A DNA stretch of 63,834 bases, filler included, from Craspedostauros australis (lineage: Eukaryota), in NCBI GenBank assembly GCA_030167865.1. It is 9 parts of 9 records of this genome, joined end to end, with 100 filler letters (N's around TTAATTAATTAA, not from the genome) between each part and the next. Parts side by side here need not be neighbours in the genome. Positions count along the whole stretch, not along the records: positions 17,587 to 40,384 come from JALAGF010004436.1; 8 more parts are not named here. One strand, 5' to 3'. The notes below the pieces were generated by a model. It did not search any database. It saw nothing but the letters and a program-made list of their open reading frames with translations, and was not told the origin of the DNA. Below are positions 24,702 to 36,263 of the stretch, piece after piece. The first letter of the stretch is position 1. The number at the start of each line of letters is the position of its first letter. The position numbers and the translations under genes were made by a program.

Positions 24702-26331
24702 TCTGTAGTCGTCGTTGCTTGGTTGTTCGACCTCTTCTTGATTCCTTCAGTTGCGCAGCGCAATGAGAAAAGGAAAGAGCGCGATGTCGATGTTGATGAC
24801 TCTCCGTGGTCGTCTTCTGTTCTTCGAATCGTTCTGTCACTCTGTGAAATAAGTGACGAGAAGGTTGTGGATGTTCGATTTCGATGTGCTATCACTGACG
24901 CTGACACTGACGCTGAATAGCTGATGTCTCTGCCAGGGTCACAGGTGCTTCACAATCGTGCCCGGTCGACGCAACGATGCTGATTCGATGATGTTGATAG
25001 GATGATCTCGATACTGCGGATATGAGTGTTTGGATTGGTGCTGTATGGCACAAGTGCTCCGATCGTCCCCTCCTGCTATGTTCGTCGTCGTCAAGTGAGA
25101 CTTGGTCTCTTTGAATCAACCAAATATTGGTGGTGTGTTGCTGCCTCTCCTACTGCTCGATGTCGTGGCAAATTTACACACGATTGCTGCCAACACACTC
25201 GGATTGCAGTCCTATCATGTGCTGTGGCAACTCTCAATGCCCAACCTCCTTCTGTTATTGCCGAGTTGTGGTCGTGTTGCACGATGGAATGATGAATCAA
25301 TGTGCGTGGGCTGTGTTGGAGGTGCACGTTGCTGAGTTGTTGTTCAAGTGGGATGATGGGAGAGCACCATTGCATTCGCTTTCTTTCCCGTCATTTCCTT
25401 TCTTTTCGGGAGGGGTGTGGTGACACGAACATGTGTCGCGAAATCAGCGCAAAACGACGCAAGTGCGGCCGCAACTTGGCGCATCGTCTGACTTTCCAAA
25501 GTGCTCGGCAGGCGTGCCTATCGTGTCTTTGGACACGCGGGCAACAAGACAGTTAGATGTTGTTTACTGCCGCCATAAGTATTAATTCCGTCGTCTTTGT
25601 TCGAAAAGCTCTGCTTGGCTCACACTCATGTGTGTGGAAGAGAAATGTGAGCTCCTCCCATCGCCGATTCTTGTTCCAACCAACGTGCCGACTCGCATTT
25701 CCAGTGACTCGTGCCTTCATTTGAACCGACCTTGCAACGGTTCACCAAATTCAACCGTTACGTTCGCTCCATTCAAATCTATTGATTTCCAAGCATTCCA
25801 GTTTTAGTCACATGAGTCATAAATCGATTGATTTAGACTCATACGAGTACACGAAGTAGTCCTTCTTGTCTTGGCGAGTTCGCGCCATTTTCTTTGGACA
25901 ACTTCGCCGGCGCAACAACACTTGGAAAGGGCGGACCACGCAGACAGTCAAAAAGCACGACAAACAACGAGGTAAGCAACAACCAGGCGATTTTGTTTGC
26001 GCTGTTGGCGATTGCGCGTGAATTCACACACAAGAAAAAGCAAAAAACTCCATCCAACACACTGCCCACAAACACGGTACAACACGACGCAACAACGGGA
26101 TCACAAGTGGAGGCTTCAAGAGCATCAAGGCATCAGAGCAACGATCTGGCCTGACATTGTGCGCAACTAGCATCAACAAGCGGCAAGTGGCAAGCGGCAA
26201 GTTGCACGGCTCCACCTTTGTCTTGCAACATCGTCGTGGCGTTGACTCGGCCTGTGTAGTGTGCACCATCTCGCTTCTCTGTTGGTGTACCGGCACCATA
26301 CTTGTCCGTTGTCACCGAAACATCCAACAGC

Positions 26332-29300
26332 ATGAAGACAAAGGACAAGACGAAGGTCGCCTTGTTCCGAGGCATCGTCCTCAAGGATGTCAAATCCGCC
26401 CTTGCCAAGTCGAAGGAGCTGGGAGGGGACCAGGCACGGCTCGAAGTCACAGACAAGGACATCTACGTCGGCGATGGCAATTGGAAGATCTCATGGAAAT
26501 CCGTCACCGACGTCCATTTCATTATGCCCGACAGCGAACATGGTGATTTCCTCGGCATGGAAGATTCTGTGGAACGCGGTGACGTCAACGACAGTGACGA
26601 CAATGGCAATCATAGGGACCAGTCTGGCATCGATGTCACCAACGCCATGGGATTCAGGCTGGACGCCAAAAAGTACATCCTCACAGCAGAGGGCGTGATG
26701 GATCGTCGCACGCTGCAGCTGATGCGTTTCGTCCACGCGCGTTGGCAGAAGATTCTGCGCAAGCAGCAGAAACGCATCGAGGAAGAGGAACGTCGCGAAC
26801 GGCAGGAGCAGAGAGATGAACGCCAGCGGCGCCAGGATCGCATGATGTCGTCGCGTGGGCTCTACCAATCCAAGCAGAGCCGTAAGATGAACCACTTCCT
26901 CAACGCCAATCGGCAGAACATGGAGATCAACCGACAGCACGTTGAGAATTGGGAAGATGCAGAGGACGATGTTGCCATAGTTCCGGACGATGCTCACGCA
27001 GAAGTGGACGAGAAGGCGGCGGAGGAAGGCTCTGATGCATCGCACGCAGTCGCAGATATCGATGTCACGCAGACCAATAGCAGCGGCGACAACGAGAGCA
27101 ACAAAAAGGCAGCCGACGATTCCCTCATCGTAAGCACCAAGCATGTCAACGATGGTGGCGACGATGGTGGCAACGACGACGACGACGACGACGATGAGCA
27201 TGAGTTCATGGGAGATGACGAACTTGATGCCTCTCCATCAGATTTGCTCAAGGCAAACGAGCACGATGGAAGCAGCACGAGGGGAGCCCAAACCGCCGAG
27301 ACTTCCGATGCTCCGTCGACACCGGACCGAAAGCAACTGAAGAAGAAGAACAAGAAGAAACGAGGAAGTAGTGCTGATGGGGAACCGGACGGAGACAAGC
27401 CGAAACGCAGACGCAGATTGGTGCGAAATCGTGGTCGAATCTCCGACGACACGGACGAGGATGACGACGAGGATGCACATTTGTTCGATTCGCCACCGAT
27501 GACCACGCCGCAGCGTGGACAGCGCATCGTGTCTCCATTCACCGGCACTCGTCTCTTCCAAAACGACGACGACGACGAAGATGACGACAACGACAACGAA
27601 GATGAGGACAACCACGAAGGTGTGGTCGTCCACGGTGTCCACGGTGTCCGTGATGACGCCACCGCGACACACACCCACAATGAAGACCACAACATCGAGG
27701 GACAACGCACCAGCAATGAAACCATCAGCAAAAACGAGCCAACAGCTGCGTCAAAGCCCGAAGCGAAAAGGAGTGCCAAAGCAACATCCAAACTCAATCG
27801 CAAGTCCAAGTCAAAATCCACAAAAGACGCGGAGATCAATGTCAAGAAGACAAACAAATCATCAGCGAGGGATACAGGCACAGCACTTGCCAGCCTTGGC
27901 GCAAAGGAAGGACAAAGCAAGGGCCAGAAGAGCATCATGAACTACTTCGGCACGCCCAAGACGATTGCCCGACCGAAACTGCAACCGAAACCCATGAACT
28001 TGCTGCCAACAGTTTGCACGAACGGGAACAGACAAGATGGGACGCACACTTGCGACCATCTTCTCGTGTCGTCAACCGAACCAACTGATGAGACAGAAGC
28101 CACCGATGATACATCGGACACGACGCAAGAACATGGTGAGCCTCAAGATCATGCCGGTCAACAAGAGCAGGAACTCCAACAGAAAACACGCTCCCACCAT
28201 CCTTTCTTTGCTCCACGATCTACTGTGGGCAAGCCGCAGATCAGTACGAACGATGTTGATGACAAGAGTGATTTGTCCGATACTTCGCAGGAGGCGGACC
28301 ACGAGCAGGGGGTTGTCAACGAATTGACACTGCAAGCCTCGGATGGAGAAAGCAGCGACGAAATCAGTGACTTTGAAGAGATCAATCTGGATCCAAATCA
28401 TGGAACTGGAGGCGAAGATACCGGCAACCACCTTGGCGGCATCAGTGCGAGCGATGCTGATGATCAGATCAACGATGACGACAATGGCGATCATGACGAG
28501 GATGCCACAGAAACACCCAACTTCGATGAAGCCATCGATGGCGATAGCGTCGGCGGCAGCAGCGGTAGATCGACGGTTGCAAGTGGTACCCATTCCCTGA
28601 TCAGCATGTTGTCCGGTCAGCTGAGGCAATCCTCGTTGTCCTCCGCACCGCCTTTCAGCGACGCAGGATCATCTCGCACAACCTCCGCGAATGCATCTCC
28701 CCAACGATCCGTCCATCATTCATCTCCATCTCGATATGACATGCCCAGCATCCATGGCGAATCTACTGCTGCTAACGACGATGGTGATGATGATCATGAT
28801 CATGGTCTTGACAACCACGACGGCGGCAACAGCAACGGTAACGGTAACAACAGCAGCGACCATCACGACCATGAGGAAAATGATGACACTGTGGGACCTG
28901 AGGACCCTGTTGCCAACAGGAAACGAACCAGCACCATGTTCTCACGACCTTCGCAACCCAGCAGCGCTCTCGGAACCATCAAGAACCGCTTCAAACGACC
29001 GCGTATTGCGAGGGGCAAGCCAATCGCAACGCCCAAGGCATCACGGGCCATCAACTTCAATCCTGCGGACACTTGCAGGCGCGTTCTTGGCGATGACCGG
29101 AACGATGAAGTTGACAACGAACACCAAACGCAACCTGAGCAATTCAGACACACGCAAGAACCAACCAAGTCCAAAACACGAAAGCTTGCGCGTCAGCCTC
29201 GGAACAACTCTGTTTCCAGATACCTTTCACCCACGTCGCGGTCGCCAGTGCGCGACTCGTTACACACCGTCTTTGCCTCTCGCCCCCAACTCGAAACCAT

Positions 29301-30641
29301 CATCAGTCGGTGGCGGGGATTGGCTAACTTTGGCAATGCTTGTTACATGAACGCATCCATGCAGATGTTGTGCAGCTTGTCGCCATTTGCCAAATCCCTG
29401 GAGGTGTGCAGCACCAAGGTTCACAAGCAATTCCCAGTTGCTAGTCAGGTGTCGATGGTGATGAAACGCCTGGAGGTTCCATTCTCACGTACCACGGCCA
29501 CGTGCCGGCAGCTCAAGGCCGCGTTGGACAAGAAGACGGACAAGTTCCGTGGCTACCTGCAACGTGACGCGCACGAGTTCGTGGATGAGTTGCTGGATCA
29601 GATCCATGAAGAGCTGTCGCCAAAGAAGAAGCAAGAGGATGAGGTCGGCAATGATGGCAGTGATAACGGCAATGGTGGATCAAATGAAGAAAAGAATGAT
29701 GGTGCCAAGTCCGCTCAAGAGCAGGCTCCATCCCAAACGAACGATGCGATCATCGCAAGCAAGACCGTCGATGACCACTTCCGCCTTGATATCGAAGTGT
29801 GCCTGACCTGCACATGCTGCGGCTTCCACCGCACGAAGGAGGAAACCTACCGATACCTCTCAATCGACATTGCTGATGACGATGACAGTGAGAGCGATGC
29901 GACGACGATGGAGCCAAACGCAAGGTTGCAACGTTCCGTGAAGGAATGCTTGGCACGCTTCTTCCAGCCCGAGGAACGTGAAATCAACTGCGAGAAATGC
30001 GAAGAAGGCAAGACGGCGTTGCAAACCATGAAGGTGTTATCCAGGTACGTTCCGTCCAATCGAACACAGAGTCCAACAAAAGCATGGCGGATGTTGGTCT
30101 TTGTTTGTTGCTGCGATCGTGGCTTGATTTGATTTGGTGTATCATTGCTCTTTGCCGTACTGTGGTGCACACGCAAATACCTCACGATCTTCCTCCGTTC
30201 CCTCCCCTCGCATGATCCACACATCGAACTCCACTTGACCGAATCCACAACAGACCCAAGGCGCTGCTCCTCCATCTGAAACGCTTCGGAATTGTGGAAC
30301 GTCACATTCCTTCCCTCCACGGCCCTTCGTCCATGCAGTACGTTGTACAAAAGAACAAATCGGCCATCCGCCTGACCTCGCAGTTGTCGTTGGATCCGTT
30401 CCGCGATGCGACCGAAGACAACAAAGGATACTACATCAGATCCATCGTGCATCACGAAGGATCGACGGCCAACTCGGGACATTACACTGCCGATGCCGTG
30501 CGCGAGGATGAGGACGGCGACATGCAGTGGGTGAGCTTTGACGATGGGCGCGTGCACAAGTCGTCGCCGGAGCATATTCTGAGGGATGCGTCGAAGCAGA
30601 AGACAGCGTACATGTTGCTGTACAGCTTGTTCGATGATTGA
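26332..30641 (+). CDS. Ubiquitin-specific protease (peptidase C19) with long acidic/disordered N-terminal region; exons 26332-30044 and 30254-30641
   Basis: Cys box GLANFGNACYMNASMQ, QRDAHEF, Zn-ribbon CTCC/CEKC, spliced SRPKALLLHLKRF, His box IVHHEGSTANSGHY, WVSFDD and AYMLLY. Start codon uncertain. Confidence 0.92.
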
Positions 30642-30921
30642 AGTTCCCTCAAGTCGAGTGGACAACTCTGGAGAATAGCGTGTTCTGCACATAATAGTCA
30701 CTACGCACACGGTATAGCACATCAGTTGTTAGAAACAAGGAAGAAGACGAATGTTGCGGCAAGCAAGAATTCAGATACTTATTGCGACACTTTGTGTGTC
30801 ATAATCCTCCACCATTCATCTTCATTGCATTGCATCTGGATGCTCGCTATCTCTGTGTTTCTAGTTTTGACCATCCTCCCAACCCCCCTTCCCCCATACC
30901 TCCAACACACGCATGCACGCT

Positions 30922-32172
30922 TCAACCATCCCTCAATGCATTCATGACGAGGATGGGCAGCTCCGCATCCGTGACGGGCCGCTTCGAATCGGCCAACGCC
31001 GCCTTGATGCGCGTCTTGGCCGTGTCCATCCAACCCGCGATGCGCATCTGCTCGTCATCGTCCAAAAAGACGAATCTCGGAAAATGCTCACGCATGGATG
31101 ACAGCACGGCGCGGCTCAACCACGCATCGAGGTCCTGCTCGGGAATCCAAACCTCCGCGGGCTTGACGTCGGGCGACAGCTTGGGTTTGGCGCGGTACTT
31201 GAACTTGATCTGATGGCGCGGGTTCGTGACGCTGAGGAGGGAGCCGGCGTCGAGGAAGAGGACGGAGTCGTAGGTGACGTCGGGGAAGTTGTAGTCCTGT
31301 TTGGGTGTGTACTCGACCTGGCGGATGTGGATGTGATCGTCGGTGCAGGTGCCGTCCCACGGCATCAGTTTGGCGTCCCACCACACCTTCTTCGATTTGC
31401 CGGAAGCTCCCTTCGTGCGTTTGTTGGCCGGCTTGACGAGGTCCCACTGGACCTGGATGTAGGTGTGATCCTGGATGCCTTGCGCCGTGGCAATGTCCGG
31501 TCCCAGCGGTTGCTTGGATCTGTGCCTGCGACTTCGTTTGATCGGTTTGGGTTTGGCGCTGTCGATCTCCGTGGTTGCCTCTGCTGTTGGGACTGCTGTT
31601 GCGACTGGGCTCGTGCTTTCAGCTGCTGCATTCTCAGTTGGCGCAGCACTCGTGCTCGTACTTGTATTCAGGCTTGTGGCGGGGGGCGCTTTGCGTTTGG
31701 CACGGCCGGGCATGGTTGCGGTTGCTTCTGGGCTGTCGTCGTTGTCGTCGTTCTCGTTCTGGTGCTTGCTCTCGTGATCGTTTTCGTGAGTGTTGCCTTG
31801 ATTGTCTTCGCCGTGGCTGCTGCGATCGTCTTCGGTTGTGGAGAGGAACGCCTGCGCTTGTGATTGTGCCCGATGTGGAAGTGCATGGGAGGGGACCGTC
31901 ACCGAATTCGACCCGTGTTGTTGTGGCAGTGTTTCTGCAGGTGGATGCGATGTCTGAGTCTGCACATGCAGAGCAGCGTGAGACCTGGAGTCCGCTTCTG
32001 TGAGAGAGCTGGGTTTGGCGCGAGAATCGTCAATGGCACCTTCTTTCGCAGTCACTGTTTGTTGTTGGAGAACAGCGTCAGACTTGCCGCCGGCATTGGC
32101 GGGCTCCTCTGTGGGTGCGCCTCCATCCTCGAGATCGGGGCTCTTGCGGTTGATGGCGGTCGAGATCTTCAT
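30922..32172 (-). CDS. Hypothetical protein: disordered N-terminal half, globular aromatic-rich C-terminal domain
   Basis: 416-aa ORF from ATG 32172 with coding-like codon bias in the 3' half (IQVQWDL...VWWDAKL...VEYTP). Confidence 0.7.
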   Translation of the reverse strand: MKISTAINRKSPDLEDGGAPTEEPANAGGKSDAVLQQQTVTAKEGAIDDSRAKPSSLTEADSRSHAALHVQTQTSHPPAETLPQQHGSNSVTVPSHALPHRAQSQAQAFLSTTEDDRSSHGEDNQGNTHENDHESKHQNENDDNDDSPEATATMPGRAKRKAPPATSLNTSTSTSAAPTENAAAESTSPVATAVPTAEATTEIDSAKPKPIKRSRRHRSKQPLGPDIATAQGIQDHTYIQVQWDLVKPANKRTKGASGKSKKVWWDAKLMPWDGTCTDDHIHIRQVEYTPKQDYNFPDVTYDSVLFLDAGSLLSVTNPRHQIKFKYRAKPKLSPDVKPAEVWIPEQDLDAWLSRAVLSSMREHFPRFVFLDDDEQMRIAGWMDTAKTRIKAALADSKRPVTDAELPILVMNALRDG

Positions 32173-32696
32173 AACTGATCCTGGCACTGCCGCTACTCTT
32201 AGCTCGTACTGATGCCGTCACTGGTGGTATTACGGCTGTCTGGGACCTATTGTGCGTTGTGGAGAATTGTCCGTTGTCAATGGTTGGTTGATGTAGTTGG
32301 TCGAGGTTGTTGTCGTGATGTTGGCGCGCAATGTAATGCTCTGTGCTGTTCCATGACGAGGGGCGCCGAAATGAATTCTTGTTTTGTTCTGACGAATCTG
32401 GCCGTTGGCGAAAGTATTGGCGACCATGACGAAGAGCAGACGGCCGATTTCGGAACGAGCACAATCTCACGAAACAGCTCACCCAACGAACAAAAACGCA
32501 TGAGGCGGATCCTCCTTCCTGTTCGAACTGTACCTCCCACTTCTTCCCTCTCGAAACACAGTCCTCGATCGATGACATTACATTATATTCTATTCTATTC
32601 TATAATATTAGGGACACCAAGATAAACAGACCAAAGCATACAAGGAACACAGAGCACAATTGAACCGAGCATTGAATATAATAGCAGAAAGAATTG

Positions 32697-34034
32697 ATGA
32701 AGATCCTCACGTTTCTGTTGGTGTCCGCATCATCTGCTTGTGGCTTCTCATCACCTGAGGCAAGCTTCCGATCGCACGAGCATCATTCATCTCACATAGT
32801 CGTACTATCGTCGGTCCTCCTCAGCGCGAAGAGTGACAGCAACAGCGACAGCGACAGCGCGAAAACAATCACAACTGCAGATACCACAATGGCATCCACA
32901 AGCGACGATTGCAAGATCCTTAACTTTCGTGCTGCGGCAGGTTTGAAAGATTACAACATCTTTCGTTGCGGAGCCACGGACAACCTCGCAAGTTACGTCG
33001 ATCCAAGCGCTTCCACATCATCATCACCACCGCCGATGCAATCGACAGACGCCTTGGTCTACAACGACGCCGGTCTGATCTTGGATTTGAGATCGGATTC
33101 CGAACGAGACAATGCCAAGACGCGCACGTGGGTGCAGTCCAGCATGAACATCGTTGCGGTGGACGCCGCCACGACGACAATCCCAGATGGACAATGCGAC
33201 GACCGCACCATCTTGCAGATCGACGTCTTGTCGCCGCAGCGATTCATGGCCTACGTCACGCAGAACTGGTTCCCGACGACAGCGCAACGACTGCGGCTGA
33301 AGTGGTACAAATTGATGGACGGCGCGGCCTTGCATGCCATGCGCATCGAGGCGTTGAATGAGCGCGGGTTGCGAGGATTGAATGAGGCCATCTTGGAGAC
33401 GGGGCGATCCGAACTCAATTTGGCCTTGCGATGGATCACGGTGTATTTGGAGACGCGATGTGCGCCCGTCGTCATTCATTGTGTCAAGGGCAAGGATCGG
33501 TGAGTACTATGATGCGAGGACTGCTCGTACTCGTATGCTGTTCATCAAATGATCTCGGCATTGCGTGGACTTTCGTGCTCCACTGCGTACTCGTACCATA
33601 CGTCATAATGTGCTCCAGATCACATTCTCACCCCCTCCCACCCATCTCTCCCACAATGAACACTCTCCCGACAATTCCCAATTATTATACTATATTATCT
33701 ACTATTGTACTCCAGAACGGGCATGCTCGTCATGCTGCTGCAAACCATCTTGGAGGTCCCGCGGGATGTCATAGTTGAGGATTACGTCGCCTCCAACGCG
33801 GCCTTCGCCAAGGAAGCCAAACCCAGTGCCGCCATCGGGATGCGGAAGGTGGGCAAGCTGGACAAGGCCAAGTTCGCTGGCACCAATGCGGAGGCCATAC
33901 GGGCCACGTTCCGTCATTGCGAGGACAAGTACGGATCGGTGATCGGCTATTTGGATGCGATCGGGTTCGATGAAGGTTGGAGGCAGCGGTTGCGGAATGT
34001 TCGAAGGGACGAGGCGCCAAGAAGTCGGTTGTAA
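32697..34034 (+). CDS. Protein tyrosine/serine phosphatase (PtpB/IphP-like, Y_phosphatase3 type), 373 aa, with signal peptide; exons 32697-33499 and 33716-34034
   Basis: LNFR, IFRCG, ILDLRSDSER. The P-loop HCVKGKDRTG is rebuilt across a GTGAGT...TCCAG intron. IVEDYVASN and YGSVIGYLDAIG. Leader MKILTFLLVSASSACG-FSS. Confidence 0.9.
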
Positions 34035-34341
34035 AGTCTAGCTGGCAACCCCTTGCACCACAACAGAGTATAATGCCATGCTCCACTTGCTTCCAAGCAC
34101 GAGCACACCAAGAAGAGGACTGAGAACAATGCGAACGCATTCCGCGAATCCCAGGACCGCGCTGTACTTACTTGTATGTTTATTGCGTCTACGTTTACGT
34201 TTGCTGTGGCTATGTTTATTCTCTTTGTATTTTACATGTGGCTTGTTGCACTGCAGTTCGTATTCCCTTTGTTGCGTTTGCTGCGCTTGGTTCCCAGTAT
34301 GACTTCTGTCTGTCTATGCTTGTGACTCTCTCTGTCTGTCT

Positions 34342-35085
34342 CTAGCAGTCCCCAAAGTTGGAGTCGGACTGGCAGATCTGCCAGTTGTCCCCGGTCTGTG
34401 AGAACTTGCAGACGTTGATGTGCTCCCCGCACGACATGTCTCCGTTGCACTTGAGGCACTTGGCACGGATGGCGACGGAACCGCGGCAGGCCTCGTACCG
34501 CGTTCCTCCGTTCTTGCACTCGACGGTGCCGTCATTGGCCTTGATCGTGGCCTTGCGGCATGCCTTGGGACCATCGCAGACGACGTCCATGGGCAGGCTT
34601 TGGGACACGAGTTGCGCCACGTTGCACGCGCCGCTTCCCTTGCACTGCACCTTGAAGTTGCCGCTGCCTTCCACGATGGATTCGGACTGCGAGACGACGA
34701 GCTCCGTGCGATGGCAGGAGTGGCGACCATCGCACAGCAGGGCCAGCGAGGGATCGATGACCTTCATGTTTTGGCATGCCTCCAATCCTTCGCATCTGAT
34801 GACGTCGCAGTTCGACACGATGTTGCGCATGCAGCTCTTGGTGTCCATGCACGTGACGACGGTGCGCTCGTGGCCTTCGTAGTCACCCTTGGAGACCATT
34901 TTGTCTGTGACGTCCGTGCCGTCCTCCTTCAGGACCTGGCAGTCGCCGCGCAGACCGTCGTTGGTGAGGTCCCCGTTGGCGCCTTCCACAGTCACGCCTT
35001 CCAGCTGGCGCGATGTTGCCGCGCATTGGCTGGCCGCTGCGATCAGCAGCATCATGGTGATCGAGATTCGTCCGGTAATCATCAT
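34342..35085 (-). CDS. Secreted cysteine-rich repeat protein (247 aa)
   Basis: Hydrophobic leader, RQL just after it, and seven CxGxxxC-type units (CMDTKSC, CEGLEAC, CDGRHSC, CKGSGAC, CDGPKAC, CKNGGTRYEAC, CNGDMSC). Confidence 0.8.
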   Translation of the reverse strand: MMITGRISITMMLLIAAASQCAATSRQLEGVTVEGANGDLTNDGLRGDCQVLKEDGTDVTDKMVSKGDYEGHERTVVTCMDTKSCMRNIVSNCDVIRCEGLEACQNMKVIDPSLALLCDGRHSCHRTELVVSQSESIVEGSGNFKVQCKGSGACNVAQLVSQSLPMDVVCDGPKACRKATIKANDGTVECKNGGTRYEACRGSVAIRAKCLKCNGDMSCGEHINVCKFSQTGDNWQICQSDSNFGDC

Positions 35086-36263
35086 CTTGGTCCTGTCTGT
35101 TGCTGTTGTGGAGTTGACGCGGTTGGTGTCTTGCTCTTGCTTCTTGCTCTTGCTTTCTGTTCGTGATCCTTTCGGTTTTATGCGCGCTTGTGCGAGTGTG
35201 AGTGTGGCGCTCTGTTGTTGCTCTCAACGCGCACACAAGAGTTGGTGGCGGTTTGAGTGACGGTATTGGCGTTGGTTGCGCGGCGAAACAGGGCGAGCAA
35301 GCAAGCCACGATTGTAAGGACACGAACCAACGAGGAGAGAAGACGGGATGAAAACTCGCGGCGAGAGATCAACCGAAGGGAGGTCATTCGCGAACGCAAG
35401 TAAAGCGCTTTGAGGTAAAATCGCGCTGGCTCTTTCTTGCCGATGTCATCGCCGCTTGTGCCTGTGCATTTTGTGATTTATAGAACGGCCATCGACACTG
35501 TCACGACCCGTGTCATCCTTGTGTCTCATCCTTTCTCAACACGAACGCAATACACATATATATTGCTCCACTTTGGGCACGAAATGATGACTATTGATAT
35601 TATTGATGTCACGTCATTATTGCCCCAGACGAGCATGCTGGAGTTCCAGAGTGAGTGGATCGTGATCAGTTTAGTCGAGTGAATCCAGTGTTGTTTGTCA
35701 CTTTGACCAATCAGATCACTTTCTCTTCATCAGACAAACAGCCTGACGGGGGATGGAAGGACGGACGACAAAACAGAGAACCTGATGGAGCCCGCATCAA
35801 CAAAGAACAACCACAAACGCCTGTCCGAAACGCGCACCTCACAATCGCACATTATCCGCACCTGTGAAGCGCCTGTCGTTGTCGCCGTCATCGCTATCGT
35901 CACCATCTTTGCAGTCCTCACATCTCACACTTTCCACACCACGCTCCACCATTCGCAACTCAACACTCGACACTCGTGCGAGTGGTTCGGATTCCAAACC
36001 ACAGCAGCTGTCCCTTCTCAGGAGGCCGTTATTCGATCGCCTCCTTTTGCGACATTGGGGAATGAGAACGGCAAAGTCGATGAAACAAGACAGTCGAAGT
36101 GCAACCTGCAACCTGGGGTGCTCACCATACTTGCAGAACTGTGTTGGATCTTAATCTTTGGGTGATCATTGCAAACGCACTTGACATCATCGACACCGTC
36201 AACACCGTCAACGCCCTCAACATATTATATTAGTATTGTACAACTCTCGGAAACTGCGGCACC

